Virus record (IMG/VR): IMGVR_UViG_2728369266_000003 | Location: 1,258 to 65,257 of that record | Source of the DNA: a virus | Lineage: Duplodnaviria > Caudoviricetes | Length of the DNA stretch: 64,000 bases | Strand: one strand, 5' to 3' | In this document: positions 17,438 to 27,694 of the stretch, piece after piece | How positions within the stretch are numbered: position 1 is the first letter of the stretch | Layout of the letters: every line of letters begins with the position of its first letter | Notes under the pieces: generated by a model | What the model saw: the letters and a program-made list of their open reading frames with translations, nothing else | Told to the model about the DNA's origin: nothing | The model's database searches: none | Made by a program: the position numbers and the translations under genes

Positions 17438-17773
17438 ATGAGCGAGACACCCGTGTGGGCTGGAGACGCTGAAAGCGACAACTGGCGGGCCCTCGTCAAG
17501 GAAGAAGTCGACGCGTGCCTGAAGTGGGCGCGCAGCGTCGGCATCACCGAACCATCCATAGTCCGTGTCCTCATCACCCAGGACGAGACTGGAGCCCTCA
17601 CCGCTCTGGTTGAGTCCTACGCCACTGGCGACAACGGAACGTGGTTTCCCGCCGCAAGCTCTACAGGCTCCCAACGTGTCACCCGGAGCCTGCCGGTGAA
17701 TTCGCTGCCGCCGATCCCGACCGTTGAAGGGCTCGCCCAGTACGCCGACATCCTCCCGGAGCTGTGCACATGA
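17438..17773 (+). CDS. Hypothetical protein
   Basis: AGGAGAGG SD. Confidence 0.55.
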   Translation: MSETPVWAGDAESDNWRALVKEEVDACLKWARSVGITEPSIVRVLITQDETGALTALVESYATGDNGTWFPAASSTGSQRVTRSLPVNSLPPIPTVEGLAQYADILPELCT

Positions 17774-18177
17774 CCATCACCGACTTCCTGTATGCGCGGC
17801 TGGCCGAGGACGAAGACACGGCCCTCACCGCCGCTGGCGGCTCCATGTACCAGCACGGCCGGTGGTCACTGCGGCCCACCTCGGACGGCGCCGATGTGCT
17901 GACCAGGGGCTTCTACGTGATTCTGTCCGACGAGCTGCCGGAGGTGGCCGCCCACGTCGTCCGTCACCACCCCGACCGTGTGCTCGCCGAGGTCAAGGTC
18001 AAGCGGCAGATTCTCGCCGAGTACGAAGCGGCCATTCGAGATGACCGAGACATCGTGAACGACGAGTGGGTCAGCGGCCAGAACCAAGGCGCTGTCAACG
18101 CCCTCAAACCGGTCATTCACCTTCTCGCCGCCGTCTACCGCGACCACCCCGACTACCAGAAGGACTGGACGCCATGA
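17770..18177 (+). CDS. DUF6221-like protein
   Basis: FLYARLAEDE, HHPDRVLAEV..KRQIL, LAAVYRDHPDY..DW. Confidence 0.8.
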   Translation: MTITDFLYARLAEDEDTALTAAGGSMYQHGRWSLRPTSDGADVLTRGFYVILSDELPEVAAHVVRHHPDRVLAEVKVKRQILAEYEAAIRDDRDIVNDEWVSGQNQGAVNALKPVIHLLAAVYRDHPDYQKDWTP

Positions 18178-18482
18178 GCGGCGGCAGCCACAACTACCTG
18201 TGCTGGACCTCCGACCTCGAAGAACTCACCCAGAAGCAGACCGCCCTCCGCGAAATGGCCGACGACCTCGCCGCCCTTGGCTACGCAGACGACGCCGCCC
18301 GAGAAACCGAAGAACTACTCGTCATGCTCCGCCAATGGCAGAACCGGGCAGAGGTCCGCATCCGGCGACTGTCCGAGGTGTGGCGGGCCCTGGAGTGGTG
18401 GCACAGCGACGACATCAACGAAGACGCCTTCCGCGAAGCCCTCACCAAGTACCGAGGCGATGCCCAACGGAGCCCGTCATGA
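18174..18482 (+). CDS. Phage protein
   Basis: MSGGSHNY start; coupled. Confidence 0.7.
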   Translation: MSGGSHNYLCWTSDLEELTQKQTALREMADDLAALGYADDAARETEELLVMLRQWQNRAEVRIRRLSEVWRALEWWHSDDINEDAFREALTKYRGDAQRSPS

Positions 18483-18910
18483 CCGTGCACGCCCGCACCA
18501 TGCTCACCTGGTCCGTACTCATCGCAGCCGCAGCCATCCTGGGGACGGTCATGTCCCGCCTCCCCGAATGGGTGCACACCAGCCTGCTCTGGGCCGTAGT
18601 CGCTGGCATCACCCTCGCCATCGCCCTCCGCCTCCCCGGACTCCTGACCGTGCTCAACCTGACCACCGTCATACCGCCACTCGCAGGCTTCGCCATCCTC
18701 GCCATGGGGGCGATCAGAGGCGGATACGGCCCCGAACTGGTGCCATTCGCCGGAGTGGCGGCCTACACCGCACTCCTCGCGGCGTACTGGAAAACCAAGG
18801 CAACGCAATCGTCCACCCAAACGGACACCGACGCACGAAAAGCTCAAGTCTCCACCGGCAGCGACAAACCGAACGCAGAATCCACTGACAAATCCACGGA
18901 GCAACGGTGA
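18479..18910 (+). CDS. Membrane protein (about four TM)
   Basis: Hydrophobic helices. Confidence 0.65.
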   Translation: MTVHARTMLTWSVLIAAAAILGTVMSRLPEWVHTSLLWAVVAGITLAIALRLPGLLTVLNLTTVIPPLAGFAILAMGAIRGGYGPELVPFAGVAAYTALLAAYWKTKATQSSTQTDTDARKAQVSTGSDKPNAESTDKSTEQR

Positions 18911-19230
18911 GACTCCCACCCCGGCCCGGATGCCGCCTCCACGGACCCACCTGCACCACACCATGGGGCTACGACCCCGCCCACACCGACAGCCGCCGCC
19001 CCTACACCATCCACGAACTCGCCAACCGCGAAGCCATGCCCCACCGCTACGCCTACCCGACCGTGGACGACTACCTCGCTGGCTGGAAGCTCTGGCTCGC
19101 CCTCCGCCGCGACTGGCAGCTCAACCCCGGCGAAGCGCGGATCCGCTTCGAAGGTGTCGCCGCGCGGCTCGGGTTCACCGGCCGCACCCTGGATGAGATC
19201 GCCGAAGAAGCCATCGCGAGGCACACATGA
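18907..19230 (+). CDS. Hypothetical protein
   Basis: Coupled ORF. Confidence 0.6.
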   Translation: MRLPPRPGCRLHGPTCTTPWGYDPAHTDSRRPYTIHELANREAMPHRYAYPTVDDYLAGWKLWLALRRDWQLNPGEARIRFEGVAARLGFTGRTLDEIAEEAIARHT

Positions 19231-19529
19231 CCGAATTGGCCGAGCAGTATCGCATCGTCCTCAACGGCGGCCCACTCGACCAGGCCACCCACACCACCAA
19301 CCAACTACCCGACGTCCTATACGCCCTGGAATGGCCCGCAAGCCACATGACCAAATTCCGCGCCGACTACAACGAGAACCCAGACTGTGGCATCCAGGGG
19401 TGGGGTATCCACCAATACGTTCGGCAGCAGACAGACCAACCAGTCGGTCCAACGACCTACACCTACCGCCGACACGGGGTCAGCAGCCGCTGGATACCGT
19501 TCCGCGCGATCCTCGGCGTAGGGCTGTAG
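19227..19529 (+). CDS. Hypothetical protein
   Basis: Coupled ORF. Confidence 0.6.
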   Translation: MTELAEQYRIVLNGGPLDQATHTTNQLPDVLYALEWPASHMTKFRADYNENPDCGIQGWGIHQYVRQQTDQPVGPTTYTYRRHGVSSRWIPFRAILGVGL

Positions 19530-19766
19530 ATGGCCGACGACTGGGCGCTGACCGCCGCCGAAATCGCCACCGAACTCGACATCAAACGATCCACCGTCGA
19601 CTCATGGGTTCACCGGGGCCACATCACCGCTATCCCCGGCACCTGGCCGAAGAAGTATCGGATGAGCGAGGTGTACGAGGCCGAGAAGCAGCGCCGCGAC
19701 AACGAAGCACGGACCCGCCGCAACATCACACGTCGGAATGACATGACAAACGCCACGACATGCTAA
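19530..19766 (+). CDS. MerR/HTH_17-like DNA-binding protein
   Basis: LTAAEIATELDIKRSTVDSWVHRGHI...KYRMSEV. Confidence 0.8.
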   Translation: MADDWALTAAEIATELDIKRSTVDSWVHRGHITAIPGTWPKKYRMSEVYEAEKQRRDNEARTRRNITRRNDMTNATTC

Positions 19767-19834
19767 TATCGGCTGCAAGATCTTGAACAGCAGCGAAGCC
19801 ATGCCCGGAGAGCCCAACGGCCCCGGGCATTTTT
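19762..19834 (+). promoter_or_regulatory. Putative late promoter (TGcTAATAT) and downstream hairpin/T-tract
   Basis: Extended -10-like at 19762-19770; ATGCCCGG / CCGGGCAT stem plus TTTT. Confidence 0.4.
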
Positions 19835-19949
19835 CGTGCCCGCCCCACCTCCACGCGTGCCTCCAGGGGCGGGCACCCAGACCCTCACTGTGGCGGTGAG
19901 GCGGGGGAGAAGGCCGCCCGGGAACGCTCACACCCGGGCGGCCACACCC

Positions 19950-20243
19950 CTACTCTCCCTTGGACGTCGGCGGCTGCTTCCCGCTCGACATCCAACCCCG
20001 GCCGCGCCCCTCATCCAGGCTGTAGAACGCGCCCACAACCAGCATCACCCCGACGGCGATAGCCGCCACCGCGTGCTGCAACACACCAGCCCCAGGCCCC
20101 GAACACGCGCTCAACAGCGACGTGCTCGGCGCGAACGCCGACCCGCACCCCTCACTCGGCTCACTCGGCACCAACCCCATCACCAACCCGCCGATGATGA
20201 GCGCAACCCCCACCACGATCACAACACGACCAGCCAGCGTCAC
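19950..20243 (-). CDS. Two-TM membrane protein in antisense orientation (moron-like)
   Basis: Two hydrophobic helices around a CGS..C loop. Confidence 0.5.
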   Translation of the reverse strand: MTLAGRVVIVVGVALIIGGLVMGLVPSEPSEGCGSAFAPSTSLLSACSGPGAGVLQHAVAAIAVGVMLVVGAFYSLDEGRGRGWMSSGKQPPTSKGE

Positions 20244-20349
20244 AACGCCCTCCCACACAGCGAACCCGCGCCGCGCCCCCGCCGCGAACCCAACGCACAT
20301 GAGACGCGCAACCCACCGGACCGGACGACACCCAGGAGGTGAGCCGGTT

Positions 20350-20877
20350 GTGCCCGCACCACTCCCCGCCCAGAAACGCGCCGCGATCCTCGCAGACATC
20401 CAAGCCGGCGAACTCTCCCGCAACGCCATAGCCCGCAAACACAAAGTCAGCGTCGGCACCGTCACCAACATCGCCAACAAGGCCGGTTTGACCACCGCCT
20501 TTGACCGATCAGGCGTCGAAAAGGCCACGCGTGCGCGCGTCGCCGACGCTGCTGCGGTGCGGGCTGAGGTGTCGCGGAAGTTCCTGGACCGCGCCAACGA
20601 GATGCTTGATCAGATGCACGAGCCGCACCTGGTCTTCAACTTCGGCGGCAAGGACAACGACTACAACGAGCGCATCCTGAGCCGGCCGCCAACGACGGAT
20701 CTGCGGAACCTGATGACGTCGGCGGCGGTCGCCATCGACAAGCACCTGAAGATCGAGTCGTCTGGTAAGGACCCGAACGCGGACGCCGCAGCTTCGATGC
20801 TCGGGACCCTCCGCACGGCTTTGGAGGGTGCGGCGGATCGGCTGCGCGACGACACTGCGACCGAAGATGGATCTTGA
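20350..20877 (+). CDS. Terminase small subunit (HTH)
   Basis: N-terminal HTH; directly before TerL. Confidence 0.75.
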   Translation: MPAPLPAQKRAAILADIQAGELSRNAIARKHKVSVGTVTNIANKAGLTTAFDRSGVEKATRARVADAAAVRAEVSRKFLDRANEMLDQMHEPHLVFNFGGKDNDYNERILSRPPTTDLRNLMTSAAVAIDKHLKIESSGKDPNADAAASMLGTLRTALEGAADRLRDDTATEDGS

Positions 20878-22153
20878 CCGTGTCACTCGGATCATGTCCC
20901 CGGCGCAGATCCGGTCGATCGTGGATTCGCTGTCGACTCCGCAGATCGCATTGTGGTGCGGGGCGGTCAGCTCCGGGAAGACCATCGCTTCGCTGCTGGC
21001 ATTCCTGATCGCGATTACCCAGGCCCCAGACCGGGGCCTGATCGTCATCGTCGGCCGGACGCTCCAAACGATCGAGCGGAACATTCTTGACCCGCTCCAG
21101 AGCGTGGAACTGTTCGGTGTCGTGGCGTTGCAGGTGCACCACACCACCGGGTCCACCACGGCGGTAATCCTTGGCCGGACTGTGCACCTGGTGGGCGCCA
21201 GCGACGCCCGTGCGGAGTCCCGCATCCGGGGCGCGACCATCGCGCTCGCCTACTGCGACGAGGCGACCCTCGTCCCGCAGAGCTTCTGGATGATGCTGCT
21301 CAGCCGGCTCCGGGTGCCGGGCGCGAAACTGCTGGCGACCACGAACCCGGACAGCCGGTCGCACTGGCTCCGCAAGGAATTCATCCTCCGCGCGGGTGAG
21401 GTCGGGCTACGACACTTCCATTTCACCATCGACGACAACCCGAGCCTCGACCCGACCTATGTGGAACTGCTGAATGCCCAGTACACAGGACTCTGGTACA
21501 GGCGGTTCATCCTTGGCGAATGGTCCTTGGCGGCCGGCGCGGTCTTCGACATGTGGGACGAACAGCGCCATGTGGTCGATGACTTGCCGGGGATGACGCG
21601 GTGGTTGGCGTTGGGTGTCGACTATGGCACCACGAACCCGTTCGCGGCGTTGCTGCTCGGGTTGGGGTCGGATGGGTGCCTGTACCTGGCATCGGAGTGG
21701 CGGTGGGACTCCAAGGCCGAGAGCCGTCAGCTCACCGATATGGAGTACTCGCAGCGGGTCCGGGCGTGGCTCCAAACGGTTCCGATCCCGGGGGCGCCGG
21801 GGGTGGTTGGGCCAGTACCGGAGTGGTGGGTTGTTGACCCGTCCGCCGCCTCGTTCCGGGTGCAGTTGCACCGGGATGGGATCTCGGCGCGGTTGGGCGA
21901 CAACGAGGTGATCCCTGGGCTTCGGGTGTTCGCGTCGCTGCTCGCGTCCGGCCAGTTGAAGGTGCACCGGTCGTGTGCAGGGCTGATCGATGAGGTGGCT
22001 GGCTACTCGTGGGATACCGCGAAGGCCGAGCGGGGTGAGGATGCCCCGGTGAAGGTTGATGACCATTCGCTGGATGCGGCCCGGTACGCGATCTACACCA
22101 CTCGGAGTCTTTGGCTTCGTCAACTCCGTGACCCGAAGCTCGCCGCTGCCTGA
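20867..22153 (+). CDS. Terminase large subunit (PBSX-like)
   Basis: Walker A GAVSSGKT, YCDEAT, ATTNPD, GVDYGTTNP, DDHSLDAARY. Confidence 0.95.
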   Translation: MDLDRVTRIMSPAQIRSIVDSLSTPQIALWCGAVSSGKTIASLLAFLIAITQAPDRGLIVIVGRTLQTIERNILDPLQSVELFGVVALQVHHTTGSTTAVILGRTVHLVGASDARAESRIRGATIALAYCDEATLVPQSFWMMLLSRLRVPGAKLLATTNPDSRSHWLRKEFILRAGEVGLRHFHFTIDDNPSLDPTYVELLNAQYTGLWYRRFILGEWSLAAGAVFDMWDEQRHVVDDLPGMTRWLALGVDYGTTNPFAALLLGLGSDGCLYLASEWRWDSKAESRQLTDMEYSQRVRAWLQTVPIPGAPGVVGPVPEWWVVDPSAASFRVQLHRDGISARLGDNEVIPGLRVFASLLASGQLKVHRSCAGLIDEVAGYSWDTAKAERGEDAPVKVDDHSLDAARYAIYTTRSLWLRQLRDPKLAAA

Positions 22154-22171
22154 CCGGATGGGGGTGGACTG

Positions 22172-23761
22172 GTGCCCCTGCCGACCGGGAATCCCGCGTG
22201 GCCACCGCCCGCGAGTAGGGCTGCGGAGAGGCACTACCGGGTGTGGAACGCCTGGTTCTCGGGTGATCCGGCGAAGCTGCGTGAGGTGTACGAGGCGACG
22301 AACGGCCTTGGCGGACCCGCTGGCGCCGGGCGGGATGACGGCGGCTTCGGGCTGCTGAACCGGGTGTTCCGCTTCTTCTGGGCTGCCCCAACCCCCAAGG
22401 GGCAGCAGTCGGACACGAAGCTCCACATCCCGCTCGCCGGGGACATCGCGTCCACCTCGGCGGATCTGCTGTTCGGTGAGCAGCTGTCGATCCACGTCCC
22501 CGACCCGACCGTCAACCGGGTAACCCAGGAACGCCTGGAGACCATCATCGGAGACGGTCTGTATCCGACCCTGCTGGAGGGTGCGGAGACCTGTTCGGCC
22601 CTCGGCGGCGCCTACCTCCGGATCACCTGGGACCCCGCCGTCGCGGATCATGTGCTGTGGGACGCGATCCCCCCGGACTGCGCGGCACCGGAGTTCCGAT
22701 CTGGGCGACTGGTTGCGGTGACGTTCTGGCGTGATCTGGCCCGCGAGGACGGCCGGGTGTGGCGGCACCTGGAGCGGCACGAGCCGGGTCGGGTGTACCA
22801 CGGCCTGTACTACGGCACCTCCGACCAGCTCGGCATGGTGCGCGCCCTCCAGGATCGTCCGGAGACGGAGCCGTTCGCCGCGCTGGTGGACGACCAGAGC
22901 GGCATCACCACCGGGGCGCGGGGCCTCGCAGCCGAGTATGTGCCGAACATGCGGCCGAACCGGCTCATGCGCGGCAGCCCGCTCGGCCGCAGCGACTACG
23001 CCGGGATCGAGCCGGTGATGGACGCCCTCGACGAGGTATGGACGTCGCTGATGCGTGACGTCCGCCTCGGTAAGGGGCGGCTCGTCATCCCGCAGGAGTA
23101 CCTGAACTCGCTAGGCCCTGGGAAGGCGGCGTTCTTCGACCTCGACCAGGAACTGTTCACGCCGCTGGGTCAGGTCATTCCTGAGAACGACGGGTTCACC
23201 ATGGAGCAGGTCCAGTTCCAGATTCGGGTGGCTGAGCACCTGGAGTCCGCTCGTGCCCTCGCCGCCCAAGCTCTGCGGGGGGCCGGCTACTCGGTGCAGT
23301 CCTTCGGTGAGGCCCAAGACGCCGCCGCGGTCACCGCGACCGAGGTGAAGACCCGGGAACGCCGCTCGTACACGACCCGTGACCGGAAGATCGGCTACTG
23401 GGACCCGGTGTTGCGGCGGCTGTTGACAACCTCGTTGGAGATCGACGTCGCACAGTTCCGGCCCGAGGGTGTGACGCCGATGGTGCCGGAGATCGAGTGG
23501 CCTGACGGTGTCGCGATCGACCCCGAAAACCAGGCCCGCACCATCCAACTCCTCGACCAGGCGCGTGCGGTGTCCACCCGCACCAAGGTCACCATGCTGC
23601 ATCCGCAGTGGGACGAAGAGCAGGTCACCGAAGAGGTCGACCTCATCGACGGCGAGGCCGACGGCGGCTGGTCCGCGTTGGCCGGCGCCGCAGCACAGGC
23701 ATCCTCCCAGCCGGTTGAGGAGCCCGAGGACGTGGACGACGCCCCGGCGGCCGTCGTCTGA
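22172..23761 (+). CDS. Portal protein (SPP1 gp6-like)
   Basis: Position, size, GRSDY motif. Confidence 0.9.
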   Translation: MPLPTGNPAWPPPASRAAERHYRVWNAWFSGDPAKLREVYEATNGLGGPAGAGRDDGGFGLLNRVFRFFWAAPTPKGQQSDTKLHIPLAGDIASTSADLLFGEQLSIHVPDPTVNRVTQERLETIIGDGLYPTLLEGAETCSALGGAYLRITWDPAVADHVLWDAIPPDCAAPEFRSGRLVAVTFWRDLAREDGRVWRHLERHEPGRVYHGLYYGTSDQLGMVRALQDRPETEPFAALVDDQSGITTGARGLAAEYVPNMRPNRLMRGSPLGRSDYAGIEPVMDALDEVWTSLMRDVRLGKGRLVIPQEYLNSLGPGKAAFFDLDQELFTPLGQVIPENDGFTMEQVQFQIRVAEHLESARALAAQALRGAGYSVQSFGEAQDAAAVTATEVKTRERRSYTTRDRKIGYWDPVLRRLLTTSLEIDVAQFRPEGVTPMVPEIEWPDGVAIDPENQARTIQLLDQARAVSTRTKVTMLHPQWDEEQVTEEVDLIDGEADGGWSALAGAAAQASSQPVEEPEDVDDAPAAVV

Positions 23762-23775
23762 CCCACCCGCACACC

Positions 23776-23801
23776 AAGGCCCGGCCGGGAGTCGGGCCTT
23801 T
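23776..23801 (+). terminator. Hairpin between portal and scaffold
   Basis: AAGGCCCGG / TCGGGCCTTT. Confidence 0.55.
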
Positions 23802-23841
23802 CTCATGTCCGGCGCCCGGCGCGCCGCAGAGAGGACCACCC

Positions 23842-24594
23842 GTGACCGAGACCACCACCGAGACGACCGAAGCAGTCGAGCCGACCACCGACCCGGCTCC
23901 CGAACCCGCCGACACCCAGCCGACCACCGAATCCCCGGAGCCGGCCGAGAAGCCCGCGCCGAAGCCGAAGCCGCCGACGGACGGTGTGCAGGTCAGCGGC
24001 CGCGCCAACGAACCCAAGCCCGACACCGACCCCGCGAAGCCCAAGGCGGAGCCGACCAGCATCGACGACTTCCCGCCCGCCGCTCGGAAGATGATCGAGG
24101 ACCTGCGCAAGGAAAACGCGTCCTCCCGGGTCAACGCCAAGGAAGCCGCCGCGAAGGAAGCCGCTGAGCAGGTCCGTAAGGAACTCGCCCAGTCCCTCGG
24201 CAAGGCCCTTGGCTTGGTGGACGACAAGACCGAAGAACCAAAGCCTGTCGACCCGGCCGAACTCGCGCGACTCGTCCAGGAGAAGGACGACAAGATCCGC
24301 GACTTCGAGGTCAAGGAAGCGATCCGAGACGTCGCCGGAGACCTATCCGCTGACAGCAAGGCGCTGACCGACTCGATGTCCTTCATGCGAAGCATCAAGG
24401 GCATCGACCCCAGCGACACCAAGAAGCTTGCCGCTGCCATCAAGGCGGCGGTGGAGAAGAACCCGAAGCTGAAGGCCGCCCAGGCGGCGGCCCCGGCGCC
24501 GAGTGGAGGCGAGTTTGCCGGCGGGCCCGGCGAGAGCCCCGATGCCGAGTCCATGAGCGTCGACGACTTCCGCGCAGCGCGCAGGAAGCGGTAG
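23842..24594 (+). CDS. Capsid scaffolding protein
   Basis: P/E/T-rich N-terminus, coiled coil LRKENASSR, precedes capsid. Confidence 0.85.
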   Translation: MTETTTETTEAVEPTTDPAPEPADTQPTTESPEPAEKPAPKPKPPTDGVQVSGRANEPKPDTDPAKPKAEPTSIDDFPPAARKMIEDLRKENASSRVNAKEAAAKEAAEQVRKELAQSLGKALGLVDDKTEEPKPVDPAELARLVQEKDDKIRDFEVKEAIRDVAGDLSADSKALTDSMSFMRSIKGIDPSDTKKLAAAIKAAVEKNPKLKAAQAAAPAPSGGEFAGGPGESPDAESMSVDDFRAARRKR

Positions 24595-24618
24595 GCGCAT
24601 CCCCACCAGGAGATTCCT

Positions 24619-25554
24619 GTGGCGAACACCTTCCTCACCCCCTCCGTCATCGCCCGCGCGGCGCTGGCGAACCTCTACGAAACCACCGTCATGGCCGCCC
24701 TGGTGCACCGGGACTACGAGAACGAGTTCCAGCAGGGCCGCGGCGCGACCATCAACATCCGTCGACCCGCGACGTTCGTCGCCGAAGAGTTCGACCGCTC
24801 CCAGGGCATCCACATCCAGAACGCCGAAGAAACCGGCATCCCGATGACCCTGAACCACTTCGCGGACGTGTCCTTCGCTGTGACCAGCGAAGACCTTACG
24901 CTCAACATCACGGACTTCAGCGAGCAGCTGCTGAACCCCGCGATGGAAGCCATCGCCCAGAAGATCGACCGTGACCTGCTGGCGCTGCGCAACGACATCG
25001 TGCAGGAGGTCGGCGTCGTCGGCTCCACCGTGACCGGGCTGCCGGGCACGAACGAGTGGGCATGGGACAACCCGCGGGTCGCGATCGACGCCCAGCGGGT
25101 GCTCAACCAGCGCAACCTGCCGACCTCGCAGCGGCGGATCGCCGTCGGCCCGGACACCCAGTCCAAGTGGCTCGGCGACGACCTGTTCAACCGGGCCGAC
25201 GCGCGGGGCGACACCGAGGGCCTGCGTGAGGCCAACCTGGGTCGGCGGGTGTTCGGGTTCGACCCGTACATGACGCAGAACATCACCATCCCCGAACAGA
25301 CCACGGGCAACTCCACCACTGAGGTGGGGGTGGCGTTCCACGAGACCGCGTTCGCCCTCGCGTTCCGCCCGCTGGCGCTGCCGCGGGGCGCGCAGAACGC
25401 GGCGATCGCGAACTACCGCGGGTTCGGGCTGCGGGTGGTCTACGACTACGACACCAACCTCAAGCAGGACGTCGTGTCCATCGACTGCCTGTACGGCACC
25501 AAGACCCTCGACCCGAACCGGGCCGTCCTCATCAAGGGCGCCGACGTCGCCTAG
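24619..25554 (+). CDS. Major capsid protein (P22 coat-like)
   Basis: MANTFLTP, AIAQKIDRDL, FHETAFAL, SIDCLYG. Confidence 0.9.
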   Translation: MANTFLTPSVIARAALANLYETTVMAALVHRDYENEFQQGRGATINIRRPATFVAEEFDRSQGIHIQNAEETGIPMTLNHFADVSFAVTSEDLTLNITDFSEQLLNPAMEAIAQKIDRDLLALRNDIVQEVGVVGSTVTGLPGTNEWAWDNPRVAIDAQRVLNQRNLPTSQRRIAVGPDTQSKWLGDDLFNRADARGDTEGLREANLGRRVFGFDPYMTQNITIPEQTTGNSTTEVGVAFHETAFALAFRPLALPRGAQNAAIANYRGFGLRVVYDYDTNLKQDVVSIDCLYGTKTLDPNRAVLIKGADVA

Positions 25555-25563
25555 GAGGCGGAG

Positions 25564-25929
25564 ATGGCTTACCGACAGATCATCACCAAGGAACTCCGCC
25601 TCACCGGGTCCCCGGTCGCCTCTGCCGCCCATCTGGTGTGGCGGGCGCCGGCGGACTGCCGGGTGGTCGCGCTGCACGGCCACCGGTCCGGAGGTGCGGC
25701 CGCTGCCGTCAACGCCCAGATCGGTAGCACCGACGTGCTCGCCTCGAACCTCACGTGCGGCACCGGCGCGGGCACCTACTCCACCGGCACGCCGTCCGGC
25801 GACGCGGGTCGCATGGAGGCGGGGGACGCGCTGTCGCTGGAGGTCGCCTCGGGGGACGCCACCACGGTGATCATCCAGGTGGACATCGCGGTTGACGCCG
25901 ACGAGATCAACTACGGTGTGGTGAGCTGA
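25564..25929 (+). CDS. Virion protein (possible head decoration)
   Basis: Beta-rich, follows capsid. Confidence 0.6.
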   Translation: MAYRQIITKELRLTGSPVASAAHLVWRAPADCRVVALHGHRSGGAAAAVNAQIGSTDVLASNLTCGTGAGTYSTGTPSGDAGRMEAGDALSLEVASGDATTVIIQVDIAVDADEINYGVVS

Positions 25930-25931
25930 CC

Positions 25932-26246
25932 ATGTACCGGTACACGAACCGCAACACCAACCAGGTGGTGGAGTTCCCTCAGGCCAACGCCCGCCTGGAC
26001 CGCCTGTCGAACTGGGAGCGGACCGGATCGGCGGAACCGAAGCGCGCCGCCAAGCAGGAAGAGCCCAGCCGGGACACCGCCCAGGACTCTGGTCCGAAGC
26101 GGCCGAGCACGGGCGACCCCAAGGACGCCTGGGTCGAGTACGCGATCACCACCGGGATGCCTGAGGCCGAGGCCCGCGACAAGGACACGACCAAGGCCCA
26201 GCTGATCGAGCGGACCGCCCAGGTCAACGCCGACCCTGAGAAGTAG
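25932..26246 (+). CDS. Head-associated protein
   Basis: KDAWVEYA...TKAQLI small-domain motif. Confidence 0.65.
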   Translation: MYRYTNRNTNQVVEFPQANARLDRLSNWERTGSAEPKRAAKQEEPSRDTAQDSGPKRPSTGDPKDAWVEYAITTGMPEAEARDKDTTKAQLIERTAQVNADPEK

Positions 26247-26258
26247 AGGCGGTGGCGT

Positions 26259-26687
26259 ATGCGCGTCTACGCCACCGTCGAAGAGTTCACCGCGTGGCTC
26301 GCCCCGGACCCGGCGCCTGCCAACGCCGCACGACTGCTGCGGCAGGCGTCGGGTCGAGTCGATGAGCTGCTGATCGGCGCCTGCTACGACACGGACACTG
26401 CCGGGATGCCGACCGCTGCCCCGATTGTCGAGGCGCTGCGAGACGCCACCTGCGCCCAGGCGGAGTTCACCGCTGCGTGGGTGGCGAGCGGTGGCGACTC
26501 CACCGGGGCGCGGCGCCGTCCGACGGCGGTGACCGTCGGGCAGGTGTCCTACACCTACGGGGGCCGCAGCAGTAGCGGCTCGACTGGGAGCGGGGCGGCG
26601 GCCGCAGACCGGGTGCCCGACGCGCCGGAGGCGGTCACGATCCTGCGGCTCGCTGGCCTGCTGCCAGTCACACCGATCACGTACTGA
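26259..26687 (+). CDS. Head-tail adaptor
   Basis: YATVEE, ATCAQAE; synteny. Confidence 0.75.
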   Translation: MRVYATVEEFTAWLAPDPAPANAARLLRQASGRVDELLIGACYDTDTAGMPTAAPIVEALRDATCAQAEFTAAWVASGGDSTGARRRPTAVTVGQVSYTYGGRSSSGSTGSGAAAADRVPDAPEAVTILRLAGLLPVTPITY

Positions 26688-26700
26688 CCGGGGGTGCGGG

Positions 26701-27069
26701 GTGCTGCCGTTCTACACCCACACGATCCAGTTCGTGCGCGCCCCGATCGTCGCTGACGCCCACGGTAACCGGTCCGCTGACACACGGGACTGGGCGAACG
26801 CCGAACCAGTTGGTGGCCCGGTGCGGGGGTGTGTCCAGTTCAATGCCCGCCTCACCGGGCTGGGCACCCGCGAAGACACCACCAACGGGCGGGAGATGGT
26901 CGAGGACAGCGTATGGGCGTGGGTAGACCCCGGCCCCACCATCCTGTCCACGGACGGCTTCCAGGTGGATGACACCCTGTACAAGATCGCTGGTGAACCG
27001 CGTGAAATGGCGGACCCGTTCGGGGGCGCGGCCCACATGATGCTCGTCGGCACCCGAGTGCGGGGGTGA
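26701..27069 (+). CDS. Head-tail stopper/closure protein
   Basis: Synteny, beta-rich. Confidence 0.7.
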   Translation: MLPFYTHTIQFVRAPIVADAHGNRSADTRDWANAEPVGGPVRGCVQFNARLTGLGTREDTTNGREMVEDSVWAWVDPGPTILSTDGFQVDDTLYKIAGEPREMADPFGGAAHMMLVGTRVRG

Positions 27070-27073
27070 CCTT

Positions 27074-27451
27074 GTGGCGCGGGTGCGTATCGACCAGGCG
27101 GCGATCAACCGGTTCGGCAGCCTCCCGCAGGTCGAGCGGGACATGGACCGGCGGGCGCAGCGGGTCGCGACCACAGCCCGCAGCGACGCCCCGGTCCGCA
27201 CGGGCGAGTACCGGGCATCGATCCGGGTGGAGGATCTGGGCGGCGGTGCGCGGCGGATCATCGCCGAAGCCGACCACGCGATCTTCGTGGAAGAAGACAC
27301 CCGCCCCCACACGATTCGGCCCCGATTCCGCCGCGCCCTGTACTGGGCGGGCGCCGACCACCCTGTCGCGGTGGTCCACCACCCCGGCACCCGGGGGCAG
27401 CACGTCATGGCGCGGGCCCTGAACGCCGCCTACGGCCTCACACACGCATAG
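27074..27451 (+). CDS. HK97 gp10-like neck protein
   Basis: APVRTGEYRASI, FVEEDTRPH, HPGT. Confidence 0.85.
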   Translation: MARVRIDQAAINRFGSLPQVERDMDRRAQRVATTARSDAPVRTGEYRASIRVEDLGGGARRIIAEADHAIFVEEDTRPHTIRPRFRRALYWAGADHPVAVVHHPGTRGQHVMARALNAAYGLTHA

Positions 27452-27460
27452 GAGCCATTC

Positions 27461-27694
27461 ATGCCGCACATCGAGGTGTCGTTCCCCCACAGGGGCAGCG
27501 ACGGGACGAAACGCCAGCCTGGGGACGTGGTGTATGTGTCTAGCGCTGAGGCGCGGCGTCTCACCAGCGACAGCGTCGCGCAGGTCGTCCCCACCCCTAA
27601 GCCCGAGAAGGCGCCCACCGCTGAGTCTGAGGGCGCGGAGAAGCCGAAGTCGGCCGCGCGGACCCGCAAGGCCGACCCGGAGCCCACCATATGA
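27461..27694 (+). CDS. Small virion-associated protein
   Basis: AGGAG SD. Confidence 0.6.
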   Translation: MPHIEVSFPHRGSDGTKRQPGDVVYVSSAEARRLTSDSVAQVVPTPKPEKAPTAESEGAEKPKSAARTRKADPEPTI

